A stretch of 64,000 nucleotides of DNA, taken from Candidatus Heimdallarchaeota archaeon. Its GTDB lineage: Archaea > Asgardarchaeota > Heimdallarchaeia > Heimdallarchaeales > Heimdallarchaeaceae. How positions within the stretch are numbered: the stretch's first letter is position 1; each line of letters begins with the position of its first letter. A program made the position numbers and the translations under genes. The notes below the pieces were generated by a model. It had not been told where the DNA came from. It worked only from the letters and a program-made list of their open reading frames with translations, and did no database searches. Shown in pieces: positions 58,037 through 64,000 of the stretch. The stretch covers positions 58,876-122,875 of the forward strand of contig JABCTC010000003.1 of NCBI GenBank assembly GCA_018238545.1, written 5' to 3'.

Positions 58037-59532
58037 GCGATAAGGTCTTACTTCTAATTAAATTCATTCCCCAACTTATCTTAATATTGGGTGTTATCAT
58101 AAATCTGATAATTGGTCTTTTTGCTGATAAAATAACAAAAAAACTAAAATTCCTAAAACAGCGGATGAGAATAATCTACGGCTATTTTTCTGTGATAATA
58201 AGTGTTATTTCATATCTTACTTATCTCTATATACTCACTCCTTTCCAAGGAACTAAAATTGAACTTCTTCCAATTGAAATAGATATATTTTCAGCTTCGA
58301 TCTATAGTGTAGTTGTTCTATCATCTATTGTAATTATTTTCTTCTCTATTGTTGAGGCTAACCTGAATTCCGAGAAGAGTTTCATGGCTTTTATTTCTCT
58401 ATTGCTTATTCAATCGTCATCCTTTTTCATTGTATCCTCACTAACATGGATTTTCGTTTTCTTTGGTTTTGTTATACTATTTTCGAGTATGAGTTTTTAC
58501 ATACGCTCTTTGTCTCCAACAACAAGTTCACCCGAAAAAACGAAGTCTATTTCCAGTACAACTCTGTTGAACAGTATTTCCCTTACCTTGTTATTTGTAG
58601 GTATATCCATTTTATATTTCTCCCAGAGAAGCTTTGAAATCTCATTAGGATTATATTCAGGTTTGTGGAGTTATTTAGGTATAATACTTATTGTTATCAG
58701 TTTGTTTGTTAACTCTGGAACTCCTCCTTTTCATTTTTGGATATTTGATTATTCTAATGAAAATGGTATCTCTACATCTTCTTACCTTCTAGTTGTTCAA
58801 AGAGGAATAAGTTTAGCTTTTATGAGCAAATTCTGTCTACAACTCTATACATTGGGTCTTTCCAAATTGTTAACCTGGTTGTTCATGATATTAGGTGTTA
58901 TTTTTGTGCTCTGGGGATCTATTGCTGCGATGACGGTTAACAAACTCAAGAAACTCCTACATTATACAAGTTTGATTCATCTAGGAATTATTTTTATGTT
59001 AATGTCGAACATTATGGCTTCAACAAAAAATGGCGCTTTTCTCAATGAATCAATAAAATCGCTTTCCTTCCTTATAATATTGTACTTTTTGATATTTATT
59101 TTTTCATTCAGTATCATTGGTTTACTCTCCTCAAGATACGGAAATGATGATTTTACTGTACTGAAAGATTTAGGAAGGCGTTCGAATTCCTTATTCCTCT
59201 TTACTAGTTTAAGTTATCTCATAATCTTTGCTCTTCCAATCGCTTTACCTTTTATTTCTCGTGATATTTTCTTCAATAAAATGCTAGATATTAGAAGTTT
59301 GTTGCTCTCAATTACTTGTGTGATTCTGCTGGTATTTTCATTAGTGTATATGATACGATTGGTTAAATGGTTCTTTGTAGAAAATTACAGGAAAACAACA
59401 GGCATGAATTTTGTGGAGGCGGGATTTCACATCTCGTTTATCGTATCGTTAGTTTATGTTGTTCTACTACTAGTTTTCGTGAATTCTTTTCTAGAATACT
59501 TGTCTATGATAGTGGAATCTCTCACAAAATAG
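58033..59532 (+). CDS. NuoN/MnhD-like antiporter-type membrane subunit (divergent)
   Basis: SGTPPFHFWIFD, KLKKLLHYTSLIHLG, LKDLGRR; ATG 58033 overlaps the upstream stop after AGGAGGTG (track start 57964). Confidence 0.8.
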   Translation: MSDKVLLLIKFIPQLILILGVIINLIIGLFADKITKKLKFLKQRMRIIYGYFSVIISVISYLTYLYILTPFQGTKIELLPIEIDIFSASIYSVVVLSSIVIIFFSIVEANLNSEKSFMAFISLLLIQSSSFFIVSSLTWIFVFFGFVILFSSMSFYIRSLSPTTSSPEKTKSISSTTLLNSISLTLLFVGISILYFSQRSFEISLGLYSGLWSYLGIILIVISLFVNSGTPPFHFWIFDYSNENGISTSSYLLVVQRGISLAFMSKFCLQLYTLGLSKLLTWLFMILGVIFVLWGSIAAMTVNKLKKLLHYTSLIHLGIIFMLMSNIMASTKNGAFLNESIKSLSFLIILYFLIFIFSFSIIGLLSSRYGNDDFTVLKDLGRRSNSLFLFTSLSYLIIFALPIALPFISRDIFFNKMLDIRSLLLSITCVILLVFSLVYMIRLVKWFFVENYRKTTGMNFVEAGFHISFIVSLVYVVLLLVFVNSFLEYLSMIVESLTK

Positions 59533-59592
59533 AATAATTCTGCAATTACAATAAGTTTTTTTAGGCAAATTAGAGTAGGAGTTTAGATAACA

Positions 59593-60567
59593 GTGTCCTT
59601 AGCTAACTTAGATTTTACCGAAGAGGTAAAAGAAATAAATGATTATCTTTCAACTCTTAAAGATCAGAGTCCATATGATGATGAAATAAATGAGCTAATA
59701 ACTCAGATTCTCCAGAATGGTGGAAAGCGGATTCGTCCTCTTATATGTTTATTATCTTTTGAGATGATTTCAAATAAAGTACGTGACGACTCAAGTTTTG
59801 CTGCTGCTTGTGCCCTAGAAGTCATTCACAACGCTTCTCTGTTAGTTGATGATATCTTTGATAAGGACATTTTCAGAAGAAATGAGAAATCTTTCTATTT
59901 ACAATATTCAACTTTTGCAGCTATTTCAATTTCATATTCGATGAGTAGTCTTGCATTAAGTTTAGCAACAAAAACTAAAGTGATTGATGTTGTAGATGAG
60001 CTTGTTAAAACTATTCATAATCTATCCTCCTCGTTGTTTTTGGAAGCGAAATTCCGTTCAGGGAAGAAAAAAATGTCGAAAGAAGAAGCTTTACTGCTAA
60101 TAGACAGAAAAACATCTAGTCTTTTTGAAGCATCTTCAGTAATTGGCGGAGTTCTAGGGACTTCAAGCAAAGTAGACAGAAAGAACATGCAAGAATTTGG
60201 TAAATATTTTGGTCGAGCTTTTCAGTTAAGAGATGATCTTTTATCAATTACATCTACTGTAAAAGAGCTTGGAAAATCAGGTGCTTTAACTGATATTTCT
60301 AATAGAATCCAGACTTATATAGTGCTTGAAACAATAGAATTAGCAAAGAAAGAAGAGAAAGATATCTTAATTCGATATTATATGGAAAAGAAAGAGTATT
60401 CCCCTAACAAAATCCGAAAAATAATTGCAAAATCTTCATCTATTGATTCAATAAAAAAGGAAATCAGAAATTACATTAAATTAGCTATTGAGATTCTTGA
60501 AAAATACCCTCAATCAGAACCAAGAGATAAACTGGTATCTATTACAAACACACTTAGAATAAAATGA
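59593..60567 (+). CDS. Polyprenyl diphosphate synthase family protein
   Basis: GGKRIRP, HNASLLVDDIFD...RR, KT, AFQLRDD. Confidence 0.9.
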   Translation: MSLANLDFTEEVKEINDYLSTLKDQSPYDDEINELITQILQNGGKRIRPLICLLSFEMISNKVRDDSSFAAACALEVIHNASLLVDDIFDKDIFRRNEKSFYLQYSTFAAISISYSMSSLALSLATKTKVIDVVDELVKTIHNLSSSLFLEAKFRSGKKKMSKEEALLLIDRKTSSLFEASSVIGGVLGTSSKVDRKNMQEFGKYFGRAFQLRDDLLSITSTVKELGKSGALTDISNRIQTYIVLETIELAKKEEKDILIRYYMEKKEYSPNKIRKIIAKSSSIDSIKKEIRNYIKLAIEILEKYPQSEPRDKLVSITNTLRIK

Positions 60568-60586
60568 GAAAAAGAGCAGAAATATA

Positions 60587-61657
60587 TTATTCTGTTCTTA
60601 TGCCTTCTAGATATTCGTTAAACCATTTATGTGCATTATGTCTATCTGAGAATACTGGCGGAGCTTTGAACCCATAAGCACAAATAGAACTTATAGGACC
60701 ACTTCCTGCTCTGTTAATAGCCACCTTTGTTGCACGAATAACGTCTATTAAAGTTGCTGCACCATTGGGTCCATCCAGTGTTTCTAATCTCATATCAATT
60801 TTAACAGGCATCCCCATAAACCCTTCTCCTCGGATCCAGAAGTGACTTATACGGCGATTTCCAAGAAATTCTAGATAATCTGAAGTCCCACTTGCCAGAT
60901 TAATATTATTCTTGAAAGACTGTTTCAAAGTTCTCTCTTTAACTTCTCGTTTGTACTGTTTTCTATCATCATCCAATGTATTAAGAGTCTCAAGTCCACC
61001 TGCAACATCGAGTTGGTAGGTATCTTTAATGGTTACACCTTGCTCTTTGAGAACATCAAGGAAACCTTTATGCAGAACGGTTCCACCAGCTTGGGATTGT
61101 AAATCATCACCAATTAAACAAACATTGGCTTTCTTGAATTTTCGAGCCCAAGAAGGTTCACAAGCAATTGTAGTAGGAGTACAGTTTATGAAAGCTACTT
61201 CAGCTTCTAAAGCTGCTTGTGCATAAGTTATGACAGCTTCCTCTGCCCCTGTTGGGATAGCACATACAAGTATGTCTGCTTTTGATTCTCTTAGTTTTTC
61301 TACAACATCAACTTCTTCACCCTCAGCTATTGTTATAACCTTCTTCAAATGATCTGATAGACCGTCCTTTACAGGACCTTTATTGACAATCACTCCTGTT
61401 TCTTCAACTTCTATGAATTTTGGTGTGCTGTTAATTGGAGCAAAAATAGCTTTTGCAATGTCCTTTCCAACTTTTGTTGAATCAACCTCAAAAGCAGCAA
61501 CGATTTTAATGTCTCGTGCTTCAAACCGTCCAATAGTTTTGTGTAAGAGATTTTCTCGTTCATCTGGATACTCCTTACAATAAGCAATACCTTGTACTAT
61601 CCCCGAGGCAATTGTTCCTACTCCAGCAATAGCTACTTTAATTTCATTTTCTAACAT
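60587..61657 (-). CDS. Inositol-3-phosphate synthase paralog with divergent active site
   Basis: AGVGTIA, IGDDLQSQAGGT, DGPNGA, FKAPP; collinear with the neighbouring copy. Confidence 0.85.
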   Translation of the reverse strand: MLENEIKVAIAGVGTIASGIVQGIAYCKEYPDERENLLHKTIGRFEARDIKIVAAFEVDSTKVGKDIAKAIFAPINSTPKFIEVEETGVIVNKGPVKDGLSDHLKKVITIAEGEEVDVVEKLRESKADILVCAIPTGAEEAVITYAQAALEAEVAFINCTPTTIACEPSWARKFKKANVCLIGDDLQSQAGGTVLHKGFLDVLKEQGVTIKDTYQLDVAGGLETLNTLDDDRKQYKREVKERTLKQSFKNNINLASGTSDYLEFLGNRRISHFWIRGEGFMGMPVKIDMRLETLDGPNGAATLIDVIRATKVAINRAGSGPISSICAYGFKAPPVFSDRHNAHKWFNEYLEGIRTE

Positions 61658-61667
61658 TCATATCACC

Positions 61668-62750
61668 CTAATTTGTTATTTCTCCCTTGATAAATTGTTC
61701 AACAAGTCGTACTGCTTCAGCGTCATGAATCTGCTTTGGTGGGTGTTTAAAGAAATAGCTAGAAACACCAACTAAAGGTCCTCCTATATTTCTGTCTTTT
61801 GCAATCTTAAGAGAACGAACTACATCGATCATAACACCTGCACTATTTGGAGAATCTTGAACCGAGAGTTTAAGTTGTACACTTAAAGGTTGCTCACCAA
61901 AATTCTTTCCTTTCAACCAAAGATAACAAATCTTTTCATCTTCAAGGAAAGGAACATAATCAGAAGGTCCAATTCGTGTGGGAACTTCATAAGGTATCAT
62001 GCTTGTTACTGCTTCAGTTTTGGAAATCCTCTTTGTGGTCAATCTATACTCTTTTTTCATGTTTTCAAAATCTGTATTACCACCGATATTCAATTGAAAT
62101 GTTTCATCAAGCTTGATACCTCTCTCATGTGCTAAGCTTACTAGCATACGATGTAAAATTGTGGCACCTAACTGTGATTTAATGTCATCTCCAGCAACTG
62201 GGATGTTTTTGTCAGTGAATTTTTGACCCCATTCTTTGTTTGATGCAATAAATGCTGGAATACCGTTTGCAAAAGCAACATTTGTATCAAGACATGCTTG
62301 AGCATACATCTGAGCTCCAGTTTCACTCCCAACAGGAAGGAAATTTATCAAAACATCTACACCTGATTCTTTCAATACATCAGCAACATTTACTGGTTCC
62401 ATTTGTGTAGGATCATAACAGTGAAAAGATTCTTTCATATGAGGAGCTACACCATCCATTATAGGTGCTGGGAGAACAGTAACTCCTTTATGAGGAACAT
62501 CCGAAAACTTCTTACTCAGATTTGGACTTTGCCAGATTGCTTCGGAGATGTCTTTTCCAATCTTTTTAGTATTTACCTCAAATGCAGAAACTACCTCAAC
62601 ATCAGATAAATGATAATCGCCAAATTTAACGTGCATTATTCCGGGAATGAAATCTTTTTCATCAGCATTCTTGTAATATTCAAGCCCTTGTATTAGTGAT
62701 GAAGCACAATTTCCTAACCCTGCAATTGCGATTCGTACCTTCTTCGTCAT
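61668..62750 (-). CDS. ino1: myo-inositol-3-phosphate (1-phosphate) synthase
   Basis: GLGNCASSL, GDDIKSQLGAT, QLNIGGNTDF, KRISKT, DSPNSAG, FKHPP; ATG 62750 preferred over track start 62795. Confidence 0.95.
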   Translation of the reverse strand: MTKKVRIAIAGLGNCASSLIQGLEYYKNADEKDFIPGIMHVKFGDYHLSDVEVVSAFEVNTKKIGKDISEAIWQSPNLSKKFSDVPHKGVTVLPAPIMDGVAPHMKESFHCYDPTQMEPVNVADVLKESGVDVLINFLPVGSETGAQMYAQACLDTNVAFANGIPAFIASNKEWGQKFTDKNIPVAGDDIKSQLGATILHRMLVSLAHERGIKLDETFQLNIGGNTDFENMKKEYRLTTKRISKTEAVTSMIPYEVPTRIGPSDYVPFLEDEKICYLWLKGKNFGEQPLSVQLKLSVQDSPNSAGVMIDVVRSLKIAKDRNIGGPLVGVSSYFFKHPPKQIHDAEAVRLVEQFIKGEITN

Positions 62751-62848
62751 TAGACCACCAGTCGTATTCTTGTCTATTAAAATTGTCATAGACAACGATA
62801 GTGGAAATGAACGGTATGCTTTTAAAAAGTTTTAGTATAAGAATATGT

Positions 62849-63766
62849 ATGCCTAAACATGCTGAAACCGTATTAATCACAGGAGGTCTAGGACAGATTG
62901 GATATTACACTTATCTTCTTTTAAGGAACAAATATGAAATTTGTATTCTGGATAATTTGTCAAATTCGAAATTTGAGGTACCTGATGATGTCACATTTAT
63001 CCAAAATGATGTTCAAAATAAAGACAGTTACAAGAATTTGCCTCGTATTGATTACATAATTCATTTGGCTGCACAGCTAAGCATTAATAAATCTATTTCA
63101 GAACCTATTTTTGATGCTGAAAACAACATATTGGGAACATTACAATTACTAGAGTATGCAAGAAATGAGAATATTAAACGGTTTATTCACATCAGTTCAG
63201 CTTCGACTTTCGGTGACCCTAAGTTTCTTCCAATAACAGAAGATCATCCTAGAAACCCTATATCTCCATATGGTCTGAGCAAATTGGTTTCAGAAAAGTA
63301 TGTTTGTTTATATTCAGAACTATATAATTTGGAAACGATTATCTTGATTCCCTTCAATATTTACAGCCCACTTCAACATGCTGATGATCCATATGCAGGT
63401 GTGATCTATAAATTCATAGAAGCAATAAAGAAAGGTGATACATATTCTATTGAAGGAGATGGAAATCAAACAAGAGATTTCATACACGTGAAAGACGTGG
63501 CAAGGGCAATTGCGATGGCTCTTGAGTCAGAATCAGCTGTTAATCAAGTGATAAATATAGGTTCTGGGGTTCCGTATTCTATTAATGATTTATCAGACAC
63601 TTTGTTGAAACTTAGTGAATCCGAAATGAAACCCAAAAGGATTGAGGAAAGGCAAGGGGATATTTACGAGAGTTACTGTTCTATTCAGAAGGCTGAAGAA
63701 ATACTTGGTTTCACGCAATCTATTCCGATTGAAATTGGGTTAAGTGAATTATTGGAAAGCATCTAA
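62849..63766 (+). CDS. NAD-dependent epimerase/dehydratase (GalE-like)
   Basis: TGGLGQIG, HLAA, YGLSK, GDGNQTRDFIHV; ATG 62849 preferred over track start 62801. Confidence 0.92.
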   Translation: MPKHAETVLITGGLGQIGYYTYLLLRNKYEICILDNLSNSKFEVPDDVTFIQNDVQNKDSYKNLPRIDYIIHLAAQLSINKSISEPIFDAENNILGTLQLLEYARNENIKRFIHISSASTFGDPKFLPITEDHPRNPISPYGLSKLVSEKYVCLYSELYNLETIILIPFNIYSPLQHADDPYAGVIYKFIEAIKKGDTYSIEGDGNQTRDFIHVKDVARAIAMALESESAVNQVINIGSGVPYSINDLSDTLLKLSESEMKPKRIEERQGDIYESYCSIQKAEEILGFTQSIPIEIGLSELLESI

Positions 63767-63767
63767 A

Positions 63768-64000
63768 TTCACTGTAAGCAACAGTTGAAAGAAATATTGC
63801 TCAATCTTGCCAAAAAACAGAAAATTTTTCGTAAGAGCAGTAAAATTAGAACTATGTTAGTAAGAATTGGCAGAGCAGCATACATGCAAGGAGTATCAGC
63901 TAGCACTATGAGGAGGTGGGAGAAGGAAGAAAGAATCCTCCCTTGCAAGAGGACAAGAGGAGGACACAGGAGATACAAACTCTCCCAGATGATAGGAGAA
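63768..64000 (+). mobile_element. Left part of an IS607-family element
   Basis: TnpA start at 63854; palindrome ACTGT-AAGCA-ACAGT at 63771-63785 just after the epimerase stop; left boundary approximate. Confidence 0.6.
63854..64000 (+). CDS. tnpA: IS607-family serine transposase, N-terminal part truncated by the window edge; absent from the ORF track
   Basis: Hand translation MLVRIGRAAYMQGVSASTMRRWEKEERILPCKRTRGGHRRYKLSQMIGE is the MerR-like HTH of IS607 TnpA. Confidence 0.85.
   Translation, partial: MLVRIGRAAYMQGVSASTMRRWEKEERILPCKRTRGGHRRYKLSQMIGE

Noticed and set aside
2424-62880. Numerous short (60-140 aa) track ORFs overlapping longer genes
   Set aside because: They lie antisense or out of frame within confidently assigned CDSs and show no motifs.
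63769-63978. Minus-strand 69-aa track ORF
   Set aside because: Antisense shadow of the IS607 tnpA on the plus strand.

Overview
AT-rich archaeal DNA, very probably an Asgard archaeon and most likely Heimdallarchaeia-like (inferred from a Rab-like GTPase, a gelsolin-domain protein, a membrane-anchored RING protein, a probable longin-domain protein, RadA with a Rad51-type Walker A, and archaeal lipid genes). Most of the window is housekeeping or metabolic (radA, gltX, tldDE, iorAB, yggS, ABC transporters, two inositol-3-phosphate synthases). Main points: (1) a class II ribonucleotide reductase carries three LAGLIDADG inteins, all with non-canonical C-terminal junctions; one is followed by Arg at +1 (no nucleophile) and one ends in Asp before the catalytic Cys. 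(2) Two transposase-less tnpB elements have a Fanzor-type rearranged RuvC and ends readable from the sequence (imperfect inverted repeats, 4-bp direct repeats, shared TCAT right-end motif), which gives testable TAM and guide predictions; an IS607 serine transposase begins at the right edge. (3) A split type IV pilus locus lies next to the Rab and gelsolin genes. (4) An orphan NuoJ/K/L/N- or Mrp-like membrane module with eroded charged residues follows two paralogous surface proteins. (5) Several enzymes have lost catalytic residues. No rRNA, tRNA or CRISPR array was seen. All calls are by eye; no database searches were run.
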